A stretch of DNA of 64,000 bases, taken from positions 41,432 through 105,431 of the forward strand of contig CAVJRF010000003.1 of the NCBI GenBank assembly GCA_963651945.1, given 5' to 3'. Below are positions 27,956 through 39,080 of this stretch, piece after piece. The notes under the pieces are model-generated. The model was not told the origin of the DNA and ran no database searches. It saw only the letters and a list, made by a program, of their open reading frames with translations. The position numbers and the translations under genes are program-made. Source of the DNA: Eggerthellaceae bacterium. Its GTDB lineage: Archaea > Thermoplasmatota > Thermoplasmata > Methanomassiliicoccales > Methanomethylophilaceae. The stretch's first letter is position 1. Every line of letters begins with the position of its first letter.

Positions 27956-29569
27956 TCATTCCGATTCCTTGTATTCTATTGCAGCATCGACGAGACCGAC
28001 ATGCAATGGGGACGGTCTCATCGGACGCGATTTGAACTCGGGATGGAACTGCGATGCCATGAAGAACGGATGGTCGTCCAACTGTCCGACCTCCATCGTG
28101 ATACCGTTCTCCGAACGGCCGACGAACTTCCATCCGGCGGCCTGCAATTGATCGATGTATCTGTTGTTGACCTCGTATCTGTGCCTGTGCCTCTCGGATA
28201 TTTTCTCCTTGCCATACAGTTCGTATGCCTTGGAACCCTTATCCAGGATCACGGTCTGTGCACCGAGTCTCATGGTGGCACCGAGATCGCTCACTCCTTC
28301 CTGCTCGTGCATCAGACAGATGACGGGATTCTTGGCATCCTTATCGAACTCGGTACTGTTGGCATCCTCCAATCCAAGCACATGCCTCGATATCTCGATC
28401 GTGGCGATCTGGAATCCGAGACATACGCCGAGGAACGGGATCTTGTTCTCGCGTGCGTAACGTGCGGCCTCGATCTTACCCTCGATACCTCTGTTACCGA
28501 ATCCTCCGGGGATCAGTATGCCGTGCACATCGGACAGCAATGCCGCGGGATTGCCGTTCAGCAACGTATCGGAATCCACGAACTTCACGTGCACCTTGCA
28601 TTTCCTCTCGGAACCCGCATGGGTCAACGCCTCCATGTGGGAGAGGTACGAATCCGCCAACGATGTGTACTTACCGACGACGGCGATGGTCACCTCCTTC
28701 GCAGGGTTCAGGATGTTGTTGAGGAATGATTCCCATTTCGCCATGTTCCTCTTGGAGGTCATGGGTGCGAGCTTCATCTTGTTGATTATGAGATCCGCCA
28801 CTCCCTGCTTCTCGAGGTTCAGCGGTACCTCGTAGATGGAACGTGCGTCCGGCGTGGAGATCACAGCGTTCTCGTCGACATCGCAGAACATGGCGATCTT
28901 GGCCCTTGCCGCATCGCAGATGGGTTGCGAACAGCGTCCGATGATGATGTCCGGGTGGATACCGATGGCCATCAGTTCCTTAACGGAATGCTGTGTGGGT
29001 TTGGTCTTCTCCTCACCTACGGACCCCATTATGGGTATGAGCGTGGTGTGTACGAAGAGAACGTTCTCCTCCCTGCCGAGGTCCCTGCCCAACTGCCTGG
29101 CGGCCTCGAGGAAGGGCATGGATTCCATGTCACCGACGGTACCTCCCAATTCGACGATGGTCACATCGGCACCGCTCTCCCTGGCGAGGGTGGTTATCCT
29201 CCTTTTGATCTCGTCCGTCACGTGCGGAATGATCTGTACGGTCTTACCGAGATAGTTTCCATGTCTCTCGTTGTCTATGACGGACCTGTACACCTTACCT
29301 GTGGTGATGTTGTGGTCACTTCCCAAATCGATGTCGAGGTATCTCTCGTAGTTACCGAGATCGAGATCCACCTCCCCTCCGTCATCGAGCACGAAGACCT
29401 CTCCATGCTCGTACGGATTCATCGTACCCGCATCTATGTTGAGATACGGATCGATCTTTATCATCGATACGTTGAGACCGCGCGCCTTCAGCAAACGTCC
29501 AATGGACGATGCCGTTATACCTTTTCCGAGACCGGAAATCACTCCACCGCTGACGAAAATCAACTTCAT
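27956..29569 (-). CDS. pyrG: CTP synthase
   Basis: [51 protein letters not shown]. Confidence 0.97.
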   Translation of the reverse strand: MKLIFVSGGVISGLGKGITASSIGRLLKARGLNVSMIKIDPYLNIDAGTMNPYEHGEVFVLDDGGEVDLDLGNYERYLDIDLGSDHNITTGKVYRSVIDNERHGNYLGKTVQIIPHVTDEIKRRITTLARESGADVTIVELGGTVGDMESMPFLEAARQLGRDLGREENVLFVHTTLIPIMGSVGEEKTKPTQHSVKELMAIGIHPDIIIGRCSQPICDAARAKIAMFCDVDENAVISTPDARSIYEVPLNLEKQGVADLIINKMKLAPMTSKRNMAKWESFLNNILNPAKEVTIAVVGKYTSLADSYLSHMEALTHAGSERKCKVHVKFVDSDTLLNGNPAALLSDVHGILIPGGFGNRGIEGKIEAARYARENKIPFLGVCLGFQIATIEISRHVLGLEDANSTEFDKDAKNPVICLMHEQEGVSDLGATMRLGAQTVILDKGSKAYELYGKEKISERHRHRYEVNNRYIDQLQAAGWKFVGRSENGITMEVGQLDDHPFFMASQFHPEFKSRPMRPSPLHVGLVDAAIEYKESE

Positions 29570-29766
29570 GCAATCAACGGGATTTATACAATAATGCAAT
29601 AGTAGATAAACTATTTGATTAGACAAATGTCTATTCATTCAAAATAATACAAGACATCGGAGAAATCATTATCCTATGACGAATGACCGTCCGGGTTCGT
29701 ACGGGCAATCATCAAATCATAGATATGCAGTGATAGCCGATGACGTATCGATCGACAGAGGTGTCC

Positions 29767-30201
29767 ATGATGAGGTATGAGGAGAAGGAACAGTTCGAAA
29801 GGCACAATGTATTCGGAACAGGGACAGCGAACACCGCATATGCACAGTATTTCGTCGGAGATTCCTTCCTCAATCCGCTCACGGATCCGAAATGCGGTCT
29901 GTTCGCGGCCAATGTGACGTTCGAGCCGGGATGTCGCAACAATTGGCATATCCATCACGCATCCGAGGGTGGCGGTCAGCTACTGATCTGTACGGTCGGA
30001 GAGGGATGGTATCAGGAATGGGGCAAGGAGGCCGTGAGCCTGCATGAAGGCAGTGTCGTCACGATCCCTGCCAACATCAAACATTGGCACGGAGCGAAGA
30101 AGGACAGTTGGTTCAGTCATATCGCCGTCGAGATACCCGGTAAGGATTGCAGCAACGAGTGGTGCGAACCCGTATCGGATGATGATTACGAAAGATTGTG
30201 A
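29767..30201 (+). CDS. Cupin-domain protein
   Basis: NVTFEPGCRNNWHIH, GGQLL, KHWHGA, FSHIAVE. Confidence 0.88.
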   Translation: MMRYEEKEQFERHNVFGTGTANTAYAQYFVGDSFLNPLTDPKCGLFAANVTFEPGCRNNWHIHHASEGGGQLLICTVGEGWYQEWGKEAVSLHEGSVVTIPANIKHWHGAKKDSWFSHIAVEIPGKDCSNEWCEPVSDDDYERL

Positions 30202-30233
30202 GAGGATACCGATCCTCTGAAAGAACGGGATCA

Positions 30234-30262
30234 GGGACATCCCCCTTCGAGGAGGATGTCCC
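30234..30262. terminator. Hairpin between convergent cupin and carB genes
   Basis: gggacatcc...ggatgtccc inverted repeat. Confidence 0.55.
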
Positions 30263-30273
30263 AAGGATCCCTT

Positions 30274-33200
30274 TCATTGGAAGGTGTGGTACTCGCGCAT
30301 GGACCTGACGGTCAGATCCTTGCCCCTGAGCACCTTTATCGCGGCGACGGCCATCTTTGCACCGTTCGCCGTGGTCAGGAACGGCATCTCCAACTCCACG
30401 GCCAAACGCCTGAGCTGGTATCCGTCCCTTATGGCACCGGATTTGTTCGACGGGGTGTTGATGATCATGTTGATCATACCGCTCCTCATGTACTCCGTGG
30501 CCTGAGGCTTGTACTTCTCAGATATCGTGAACACTGTGGTGGTCTGTATACCGTTCTTCCTGAGGAAGGTGGATGTACCCTTCGTCGCGTAGATGTTGAA
30601 TCCCATCTCGTAGAGATCCCTTACGCAATCCAACACCTTCGGCTTGTCACCGTCGTTGACCGTGACGTACACACCGCCCTCCATAGGGAGGTTTGTACCT
30701 GCGGCGATCTCCGCCTTGTAACAAGCGATGTCGAGGTTCTCGTCGATACCCATGACCTCTCCCGTGGATTTCATCTCGGGCGTGAGGATCGAATCCACTC
30801 CGGGGAGTTTGAGGAACGGGAACACGGATTCCTTGATCGCGTAATGGTCGATGGCCCTGTATCCCATCGTGAGACCCAATTCCTTCAGTGTCTTGCCGAG
30901 CATGATCTGCGTACCGATCTTGGCGAGCGGTATGCCGGTCGCTTTGGAGATGAACGGTACCGTACGGGATGCCCTCGGATTGACCTCGATCATCCATACC
31001 TGTTCGTCCTTAACCGCCAACTGGAGGTTCATCATACCCTTGACGTTCAGAGCCAATGCGACCCTCTTCGAGATATCCACGACCTCATCGATGATCTTCT
31101 TGGACAATGTGATCGGAGGAAGCACCATGGTGGCATCTCCCGAGTGCACACCGGCGTATTCGATGTGCTCCATTATTCCTCCCACATAGACATCCGTACC
31201 ATCCGCGACGGTGTCCACATCCAATTCGATCGCCTCCGTGAGATACTTGTCGATCAGCACGGGGTGGTTCCTCGAGACGCGCACGGCGGTGTCGATGTAG
31301 ATCTTCAGCTCCTCGGTGGAATAGAGGATCTCCATACCGCGTCCTCCCAGGACGTATGACGGCCTTATGAGCACGGGATAACCGATCCTCTCGGCGATCT
31401 CCTTGGCCTCCTCGAAGGAATAACCGGTACCGGATTCCGGCTGTCTTATTCCCAATTCGTTCATCAGAGCGGAGAATCTCCTCCTGTCCTCTGCGACATC
31501 CATGTCATCCGGTGTCGTACCGAGGACCTTGGTCCCGGTCCCGGCCAATGCCTTCTCAAGGTCCATGGCGAGGTTGATACTGGTCTGACCTCCGAACTGT
31601 ACGATGACACCGTCGGCCTTCTCCTTCTCCACCACGTTCAATACATCCTCCAACGTCAGCGGTTCGAAGTACAGTCTGTCGGATATGTCGAAGTCGGTGG
31701 ATACCGTCTCCGGATTGTTATTGATGATCACGGCATCGACACCTGCATCCTGCAATGCCATGACACTGTGCACACAACAGTAATCGAACTCGATACCCTG
31801 TCCGATACGGATCGGTCCTCCGCCTATTATCACGACGCATTTCTTGCTCCTGTCGCGGGTGGATTCGCATGAATCGCCGTATGTGGAGTAGAAGTAAGGT
31901 GTCTTGGCCTCGAACTCGGCCGCACATGTATCCACCATCTTGTAGACAGGGACGATGCCTTCCTTCGACCTCATCTCGCGTACGTCGAACTCCTCCATGT
32001 TGGCGAACGATGCTATCACGGAGTCGGGGAATCCCATCCTCTTCGCCTTCTTCAATAGAGCGGGTGTGAGCTTCTCCGTCTTTATGGTGTTCTCCATGTC
32101 TATGATGTTCTTGATCTTCAGTGTGAAGAAATTGTCCCATTGTGCGAGATCCGATATCTCCTGCGGGTCGTGACCTCTCCTGAGTGCCTCGGCTATGGCG
32201 AAGAGACGCCTATCTGTGGCGTGTCTGAGCTCCTCCTCAATCTCGTCCTCCGTCATATCCGGCGGGTTGAGGTACATCGCACCGATCTCCAGGGATCTTA
32301 CGCCTTTCAGGAGGGCCTCCTCGAAGTTCCTTCCTATCGCCATGACCTCACCGGTGGATTTCATCTGCGTACCGAGATGCCTGTCGACCGTGCGGAACTT
32401 GTCGAACGGCCATCTTGGGATCTTCACCACCACATAATCTATCGCGGGTTCGAATGCCGCGAACGTCGTACCGGTGACCTTGTTCGGTATCTCGTCCAAT
32501 GTGTATCCCAGTGCGATCTTGGCGGATACACGTGCTATGGGGTATCCGGTGGCCTTGGATGCCAATGCGGATGACCTGGATACACGGGGGTTCACCTCGA
32601 TCAGACGGTAATCGCCGTTCTTGGGGTTGAATGCGAACTGTACGTTACATCCACCCTCGATACCCAACTCGCGGATGACCTTGAGCGCCGAGTTCCTCAG
32701 CCTCTGGTGATCCTCATCGGATATCGTCAGTATGGGTGCGCATACGATACTCTCTCCCGTATGGATACCCATGGCATCGAGGTTCTCCATGGTACAGATG
32801 ATGATGCAGTTATCCTTGCTGTCCCTCATCACCTCGTACTCGTACTCCTTCCATCCGAGAACGGATTCCTCGATCAACACCTGATGGATACGCGAATACG
32901 ACAATCCGCGTCCGCAGATGTCCCTGAGCTCCTTCTCGTCGTATGCGATACCTCCTCCGGTACCTCCGAGGGTGAATGCGGGACGTACGAGGACGGGATA
33001 CGAACCGATGAACTCGACGGCCTTGAGCGCCTCCTCGATGGAGTTGACGCTCATGCTCTTCGGAACGGGCTCCCCGATCTTCTCCATGGCCTCCTTGAAC
33101 AGTTCACGGTCCTCGGACCTGGCGATGGCCTCGGGCTGCGTACCCAAGAGTGTCACGCCGTGCTTCTCAAGTATTCCCTTATCGGCGAGTTCGGAACAGA

Positions 33201-33486
33201 TGTTCAGTGCGGTCTGTCCCCCCATACCTGCGAGGATACCGTCCACACCCTCCTTGACTATGATCTTCTCTATGATCTCCGCCTGCAACGGTTCGACGTA
33301 GACGCTGTCGGCCATATCGACGTCCGTCTGTATGGTGGCGGGGTTGGAATTGACGAGGACGGTCTTGTAACCCTCCTCCCTGATGGACTTGCATGCCTGC
33401 GAACCCGAGAAATCGAATTCCGCTGCCTGCCCTATGACTATCGGTCCGGAACCGATGACCATGATCTTCTTGTATTCCTTCTTCAC
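30274..33486 (-). CDS. carB: Carbamoyl-phosphate synthase large subunit
   Basis: GSGPIVIGQAAEFDFSG, EVNPRVSRSS, GPIRIGQGIEFDY, C-terminal MGS domain. Confidence 0.98.
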   Translation of the reverse strand: MKKEYKKIMVIGSGPIVIGQAAEFDFSGSQACKSIREEGYKTVLVNSNPATIQTDVDMADSVYVEPLQAEIIEKIIVKEGVDGILAGMGGQTALNICSELADKGILEKHGVTLLGTQPEAIARSEDRELFKEAMEKIGEPVPKSMSVNSIEEALKAVEFIGSYPVLVRPAFTLGGTGGGIAYDEKELRDICGRGLSYSRIHQVLIEESVLGWKEYEYEVMRDSKDNCIIICTMENLDAMGIHTGESIVCAPILTISDEDHQRLRNSALKVIRELGIEGGCNVQFAFNPKNGDYRLIEVNPRVSRSSALASKATGYPIARVSAKIALGYTLDEIPNKVTGTTFAAFEPAIDYVVVKIPRWPFDKFRTVDRHLGTQMKSTGEVMAIGRNFEEALLKGVRSLEIGAMYLNPPDMTEDEIEEELRHATDRRLFAIAEALRRGHDPQEISDLAQWDNFFTLKIKNIIDMENTIKTEKLTPALLKKAKRMGFPDSVIASFANMEEFDVREMRSKEGIVPVYKMVDTCAAEFEAKTPYFYSTYGDSCESTRDRSKKCVVIIGGGPIRIGQGIEFDYCCVHSVMALQDAGVDAVIINNNPETVSTDFDISDRLYFEPLTLEDVLNVVEKEKADGVIVQFGGQTSINLAMDLEKALAGTGTKVLGTTPDDMDVAEDRRRFSALMNELGIRQPESGTGYSFEEAKEIAERIGYPVLIRPSYVLGGRGMEILYSTEELKIYIDTAVRVSRNHPVLIDKYLTEAIELDVDTVADGTDVYVGGIMEHIEYAGVHSGDATMVLPPITLSKKIIDEVVDISKRVALALNVKGMMNLQLAVKDEQVWMIEVNPRASRTVPFISKATGIPLAKIGTQIMLGKTLKELGLTMGYRAIDHYAIKESVFPFLKLPGVDSILTPEMKSTGEVMGIDENLDIACYKAEIAAGTNLPMEGGVYVTVNDGDKPKVLDCVRDLYEMGFNIYATKGTSTFLRKNGIQTTTVFTISEKYKPQATEYMRSGMINMIINTPSNKSGAIRDGYQLRRLAVELEMPFLTTANGAKMAVAAIKVLRGKDLTVRSMREYHTFQ

Positions 33487-34568
33487 AATCTCCCCTCCTG
33501 GACCATCTTCTTGAACTTATCGAAGAGGAATGTGGTATCGTTCGGACCGGGTGCGGCCTCGGGGTGGTACTGACATGTGAAGATCGGTAGGTCCCTGTGC
33601 CTCACGCCCTCCACGGTACCGTCGTTGACATTGACCTGATCCACCACCAATCCCGTACCGTCAAGACTCTCGTCGTCGACGGCATAACCGTGGTTCTGCG
33701 ATGTGATGTACACCTTGCCCTCGTATTTGACGGGCTGATTGGATCCCCTGTGACCGAACTTCATCTTGTATGTGCTTCCGCCCATCGCCAGACCGATGAG
33801 CTGACTTCCGAAGCATATGCCTGCGAGAGGCATCACAGACGAGAGATCCTTGATCGTCCTGACGGTCGTATCCCTCAATGCGGGATGTGCCGGGTCCCCG
33901 GGTCCGTTGGTGATCATCACTCCTTTGACACCGGAATCGATGATGACCTGCGATGGTGTATCATATGGGAATATCTCGATGTCGAATCTCTGCGAGAGCT
34001 GATCGATGATCCTCCTCTTCGTACCGCAGTCGATGACACCTATCCTCAATCCCTTCCCGTTGTCGAGACTCGTGATGCCTTTGGCACAGACCTGTCCGAC
34101 GAGGTTCTCGCTCATGGGGGAATCCATCGTCCTGAGGTTCTTCATGACCTCCTCGACCTTGCTCGCATCGTTGACGATCGCACCCTTGAATGCTCCCTGC
34201 TGACGTATCTTCACAACCAATTCCCTGGTATCGATACCGGAGATCGCAGGTATCCTGTGATCCTTGAGATATGCATCGAGAGGGTCCCCTCCGTGCAATA
34301 CCGACGGATGTTCGCAGTATTCCGATACGACGACACCACGTACATGGACGTCATCGGACTGTTCGAACTCCTTCCTCACACCGTAGTTCCCTATCAGAGG
34401 ATATGTGAATATTAGGATCTGTCCGCGGAAGGAGGGGTCTGTCAGGGCCTCCTGATAACCGCACATACCTGTTGTGAAAACGACCTCGCCGTATGTCGAT
34501 GAATCGTATCCGAACGATTCACCCTCCATAACGGTTCCGTCCTCGAGAAGCAAGTAACTGGTTGCCAT
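33483..34568 (-). CDS. carA: Carbamoyl-phosphate synthase small subunit
   Basis: GEVVFTTGM.GYQE.LTDPS, NGPGDP, GICFG, SQNHG, QYHPE. Confidence 0.97.
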   Translation of the reverse strand: MATSYLLLEDGTVMEGESFGYDSSTYGEVVFTTGMCGYQEALTDPSFRGQILIFTYPLIGNYGVRKEFEQSDDVHVRGVVVSEYCEHPSVLHGGDPLDAYLKDHRIPAISGIDTRELVVKIRQQGAFKGAIVNDASKVEEVMKNLRTMDSPMSENLVGQVCAKGITSLDNGKGLRIGVIDCGTKRRIIDQLSQRFDIEIFPYDTPSQVIIDSGVKGVMITNGPGDPAHPALRDTTVRTIKDLSSVMPLAGICFGSQLIGLAMGGSTYKMKFGHRGSNQPVKYEGKVYITSQNHGYAVDDESLDGTGLVVDQVNVNDGTVEGVRHRDLPIFTCQYHPEAAPGPNDTTFLFDKFKKMVQEGRL

Positions 34569-34761
34569 CAGAATAATGATGAGTGATTGGTATATAATAA
34601 CAACTTAATCAACCTGTAAACATAAGGACAGCAATCATCTGTAAAGAACATTAAATCAGAATGTAATAAAAATTCTAGACATCGATGATTATTATCGAAC
34701 ATTTTTCATCCCCATCCTCATCTGCACAAAATACAATAACATCAGAGCATATCACCACGAT

Positions 34762-35799
34762 ATGCGCATACTAGGTCAGAACCCTGCGGACAACAGCATC
34801 AGCATCCGTCTCGAAACGGATGACGACAGTTGGCACCTCTACAACATAGTGGAGATAGGGGACCTGGTGACCGCCTCCACCACGAGAAGGGAGGAGAAAT
34901 CCGCCGACAAGATCAACAATGAGCGCATGGAGAAGAAGAGGATGACACTCGGTGTGCGCATCGAGAAGATCGAATTCTCCGAGGACGACATGAGGATCAA
35001 GCTCCTCGGTACCATCGAGAAGGGGCCCCAGGATATCGGACAGCACCACACGTTGATGATCGAGGTGGGCGACAACCTCTCCATCTCCAAGAGGAAGTGG
35101 AAGGAATCGCAGACCGAGAGGTTACAGCGTGCCGTTGCCGATACGACGAAACCGCGCATCGTGTTCATCTCGTTGGATCAGGACGATGCAACGATCGCCG
35201 TGATGAGACAGTACGGTCTGAAGGAGATCGCTACCATCCGTTCGTCGAGGAGCGGTAAGCAGTACGATACGAAGGATACGGGCGACTATCATGGGGAGAT
35301 AATCTCCAAGATCAAACCGATGCTGGAGAAGGATATGCCCTTGGTACTGTTGGGCCCCGGATTCGAGAAGGAACTGTTGGCGGAGGACGGTAAGCAGAGG
35401 GAACCCGCACTATTCTCGAAGGTGTTCGTCTATCATACGGGGCAATCCGGGATGCAGGGCATCAACGAGCTCATGAAGAAGGGTCTCGGTTCCAACCTCC
35501 TCAGGGAATCGAGGATGGGCATCGAGATGGAGGCCGTGGAGAAGCTCATGACCGAGATAGCGAAGGATGGTCTCGCCACCTACGGTACCGAGGAGGTCAG
35601 GAATGCCGCTTTGGCCGGTGCCGTGGAGACATTGTTGATCGTGGACTCCAAGCTCCGCGGCGGGGATTATGATGATATGATCAGATCCACGGAGACGCAG
35701 AAGGGCAATGTCATCGTCGTATCCGAACAGCATGATGCGGGTAAGGAATTGTCATCCCTCGGCGGTTTCGCCGCATTGCTGCGTTACAAACTGTGCTGA
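34762..35799 (+). CDS. pelA: Pelota mRNA surveillance protein
   Basis: ETDDDSWHLYNIV..GD, GQHHTL, GPGFEK, YGTEEV, LGGFAALLRY. Confidence 0.93.
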   Translation: MRILGQNPADNSISIRLETDDDSWHLYNIVEIGDLVTASTTRREEKSADKINNERMEKKRMTLGVRIEKIEFSEDDMRIKLLGTIEKGPQDIGQHHTLMIEVGDNLSISKRKWKESQTERLQRAVADTTKPRIVFISLDQDDATIAVMRQYGLKEIATIRSSRSGKQYDTKDTGDYHGEIISKIKPMLEKDMPLVLLGPGFEKELLAEDGKQREPALFSKVFVYHTGQSGMQGINELMKKGLGSNLLRESRMGIEMEAVEKLMTEIAKDGLATYGTEEVRNAALAGAVETLLIVDSKLRGGDYDDMIRSTETQKGNVIVVSEQHDAGKELSSLGGFAALLRYKLC

Positions 35800-36440
35800 T
35801 CCTTCCCGTACCATTCGTCATAGAATTCTTTCAGGAATGCTTCCATGAATGCGTGGCGGTGCTCCGCGATACCTTTGGCGGTATCGGTGTTCATCATATC
35901 CTTCAGAAGCAACAGTTTCTCGTAGAAGTGATTGATCGTTGTGCCCTCGTTCGAGAAGTACTCCTCCTCGGACATGTCATCCTTATGATGTTCCTTGGGA
36001 TCGTACATCGCCCTTCCGGCCTTCCCGCCGTAAGCGAACGCTCTTCCGATGCCGACGGCACCGATCGCATCCAATCTGTCGGCATCCTGTACGATCATCC
36101 CCTCCAACGTGTCAGGCGTTACGGTATCCTTGCCTTTGAACGATATCTGCGATATCACACGGATCACCCTCTCCTGTACGGAGATGTCGATGTTATGATC
36201 CTTCATTATCGATCTCGCGTTGGAATGGTCCGAGGTATCGAAGAGCTTCCTGTCGTCGGCATCATGCAACAGCGACGACAATCTTATCACATCGATGTCC
36301 CCGCCTTCCACTGCCTGTATGGCGACAGCGGTATCGTGTACCCTCTTGGTATGGTGTATGTCATGCCCGCTGCTGTCCCCCTCGAACAGCATTGCGACCG
36401 CATCCCCTATGGAATCGTACACATCCTCACTCAGTGCCAT
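35784..36440 (-). CDS. HD-domain phosphohydrolase
   Basis: GHDIHH..RV, LLHDADD, QDADRLDAIGA, HFYEKLL. Confidence 0.9.
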   Translation of the reverse strand: MALSEDVYDSIGDAVAMLFEGDSSGHDIHHTKRVHDTAVAIQAVEGGDIDVIRLSSLLHDADDRKLFDTSDHSNARSIMKDHNIDISVQERVIRVISQISFKGKDTVTPDTLEGMIVQDADRLDAIGAVGIGRAFAYGGKAGRAMYDPKEHHKDDMSEEEYFSNEGTTINHFYEKLLLLKDMMNTDTAKGIAEHRHAFMEAFLKEFYDEWYGKDQHSL

Positions 36441-37308
36441 CCGAACACCTCTTCAGGACATACGGTATCAGTGCCGTGGCCATACAAGTCGCCAGTGCCA
36501 CAGCGAACAGTGCCACCGCCATCCCAACATAATATCCGATCGCAAGTATCGACAGGGTGGGGATGAGACAGATGATGCATGCGAACACCTTCTTCCTCGA
36601 GAATCCCGACGGGACGTATCCCACGAATCTGTGCTCGATTGCTATACCTATCGATGCACCCGCCAATGCGCCGATCTCCGCGGCGTATTTGGTGGTGATC
36701 GTATCGAAGGATGCTATGCACACGCCCGTGATCGCTGCGAACAACAGGTACCCGGCACACACGATGAAGAATGTACGGTCATCCCTGTCGGCCAATCCGA
36801 ACAGATATTGGTTCAAAAAGATCATCACCAGACCGATGATCACACCGACGATGACATCCAACGGCGTGTGCACACCGAGATACAATCTCGAGAACACGAT
36901 GAGCGATATCAGCACGATGAACGCTATGCGCAGACCGCGTCCTACCAAAAAGGATATCTGACCGTATCCCGCGACCGTCGATGACGAGTGACCGCTCGGG
37001 AACGAATATCCCTTGGCATCGTCCATGGCCGCTTCGCTCGGTTGGATGGACTCATCGATCACCCATGGTCTCGGTTCCTTGACGGCACATTTCACTATGT
37101 TCGTGAGACAGGTGGTCGAAAGTACCGTGAACAGGATGAGTCTCCCGACCCTCTTGTCGATGAACCATAGATACACGAGAGCTACGAGCAATACCGGTAC
37201 GACGTATATCAACGGAGTCGATATGAATTCGAAGAATCCGTTCACCGCATCCGGAGCGTTCAGACGGATGTCCTGCAATCGAAGTAGGAAGTCGATACCT
37301 GTCCACAT
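36427..37308 (-). CDS. PAP2-family membrane phosphatase
   Basis: K....EPRP, SFPSGH, SRLYLGVH, multiple TM segments. Confidence 0.9.
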   Translation of the reverse strand: MWTGIDFLLRLQDIRLNAPDAVNGFFEFISTPLIYVVPVLLVALVYLWFIDKRVGRLILFTVLSTTCLTNIVKCAVKEPRPWVIDESIQPSEAAMDDAKGYSFPSGHSSSTVAGYGQISFLVGRGLRIAFIVLISLIVFSRLYLGVHTPLDVIVGVIIGLVMIFLNQYLFGLADRDDRTFFIVCAGYLLFAAITGVCIASFDTITTKYAAEIGALAGASIGIAIEHRFVGYVPSGFSRKKVFACIICLIPTLSILAIGYYVGMAVALFAVALATCMATALIPYVLKRCSDGTE

Positions 37309-37475
37309 CGGGTGCGTATATGCATCCCAAGATAATCATTGTCCTTTTCATGAACGTAACATCTTGTCAGTGCACACATATATCAAGAAACAAACGCTGT
37401 CAAAAGAGACTTCTTAGGATCGATTATCTGGTACATTGATTGTTGTACGTTTCCCATTTTTAATGGACAAGATTG

Positions 37476-38336
37476 TCACACAAGAAGGAGCAACGTACCA
37501 GCGACGATCCCGACCAGACCGATGAAGGAACGTTTGGTCAGAACCTCTTTGAAGACTATGAACGAGAACAATATCGTCACAAGTATGCTGAGCTTATCGA
37601 TAGGGACGACTACGCTTGCCGGACCTTCCTGAAGGGCACGGAAGAAGCACATCCATGATGCGCCCGTAGCAAGACCAGAGAGCACCAGGAAACCCACGTC
37701 CTTACGATCGATCCCTTTCATCTGGCTCTGTTTACCCATCACGAATACCATCATCCATGACATGGCGAGTACGACGACCGTGCGTATCGCGGTCCCGAGG
37801 TTCGATTCCACGCCCTCGATACCGATCTTCCCCAGGATCGATGTCATTGCCGCGAATACAGCAGAACCGAGAGCGAAGATGAACCAACCGTACTTCCCGT
37901 CGGTTGTTCTCTCCACATCCTTCCTCTCTATCATCAGCAACGTACCTATGGCGATGAGCACCGCACCGGCAACACCGATGGGTGAGAGCCACTCACCGAG
38001 GATCACGGCCGCGAGGATTATCGTGATGACCGTACTCGACTTGTCGATGGGTACGACCTTGTTCACATCACCCATCTTCAATGCTTTGTAATAGCACAAC
38101 CAGGATGCTCCCGTACATAGCCCCGATAGTATCAGGAACAGCCATGTCCTCCCGTCGATCGTTCCGATATCCTGGGCCGATCCGACGATGAACACCATAG
38201 CCCACGCGAACACCAGGATCACGATGGTACGGAGTGCCGTAGCCAAGGTGGAGTCGACATCCTTCAGACCACATTTGGCAAGTATCGATGTCAATCCTGC
38301 GAAGAAGGCCGAACCTACGGCGAACAGTAACCACAT
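37476..38336 (-). CDS. EamA/DMT family transporter
   Basis: Two repeats of 'SA.FA..TSIL.K.G...V.S.L.TA.RT' and 'VVPIDK.S'. Confidence 0.9.
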   Translation of the reverse strand: MWLLFAVGSAFFAGLTSILAKCGLKDVDSTLATALRTIVILVFAWAMVFIVGSAQDIGTIDGRTWLFLILSGLCTGASWLCYYKALKMGDVNKVVPIDKSSTVITIILAAVILGEWLSPIGVAGAVLIAIGTLLMIERKDVERTTDGKYGWFIFALGSAVFAAMTSILGKIGIEGVESNLGTAIRTVVVLAMSWMMVFVMGKQSQMKGIDRKDVGFLVLSGLATGASWMCFFRALQEGPASVVVPIDKLSILVTILFSFIVFKEVLTKRSFIGLVGIVAGTLLLLV

Positions 38337-38464
38337 ACCATCATATCGTTGTACGACACAGCCCGGATATACCGTTTTCCACATGGCCGAAGATTGCATG
38401 GATCGGTACAAAGTCGATAAATACTCCGTAATTGATGCAGAGAATGGATGTCGATCGGCCCTCT

Positions 38465-38844
38465 TCTCGGTGGTCGTAAGATGTTTAAATCTTCAATAGT
38501 TCAACCGAAAGGCGAACTATTTGAAGGACCAGGGAGACTTTTTGAAGTAGGACTCCCTGGTTCTTCTCGCAGTCACCATCTCCTTTGAATCCTCCCAGAC
38601 AATCCTGAAACCGTTCTAGTGATGAGATGTAGGCCCTTGCCGTCCTCGCATGATGGAAGGAACACCAGAATCTCGATGACGAAGTCAATAAATACTCTGC
38701 CGATAATTGATATACAGAACGTTGACCGACCGCCTCTCGGCGGCCGTAAGATGTTTAAAACTTCAATAGTTCAACCAAAAGGCGAACTATTTGAAGGACC
38801 AGGGAGACTTTTTGAAGGATGACTCCCTGGTTCTTCTCGCAGTC
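38465..38844. repeat. Direct repeat, two ~110-bp copies (38465-38574, 38735-38844) offset by 270 bp, each with internal hairpins
   Basis: cgtaagatgtttaaa.cttcaatagttcaacc.aaaggcgaactatttgaaggaccagggagactttttgaag...gactccctggttcttctcgcagtc occurs twice. Weaker similarity extends to ~38411 and ~38682. Confidence 0.92.
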
Positions 38845-38850
38845 GGCTAT
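38755..38850 (-). CDS. Candidate 31-aa amphipathic peptide (non-canonical ATA start)
   Basis: GGAGGTGA at 38862-38855, then ATA...(I)ADCEKNQGVILQKVSLVLQIVRLLVELLKF-TAA. The same frame is open in the other copy (stop at 38485). Confidence 0.35.
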   Translation of the reverse strand: MADCEKNQGVILQKVSLVLQIVRLLVELLKF

Positions 38851-39080
38851 TTTGTCACCTCCCTTAAGAATTCTCAAGGCGTCTGTCCGCAAAGAGTCAA
38901 AAGTCCTCATATGCGGACTTCGACCCTGGCGATTGATAGTTAGTCGTACCAGGTCAATATAAACCGAATATTACAGTTAACAAGTTAATACGAACGACTT
39001 GGACGTACCGCCCCCTATTATGATCGTTCGATGACGACGATATACGTATAAACGGCGTTGACATCCCACCCTCCGATAAT

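Noticed and set aside
38465..38844. CRISPR array or IS/MITE ends
   Set aside because: Only two long direct copies, with no terminal inverted repeats, target duplication or transposase recognised.
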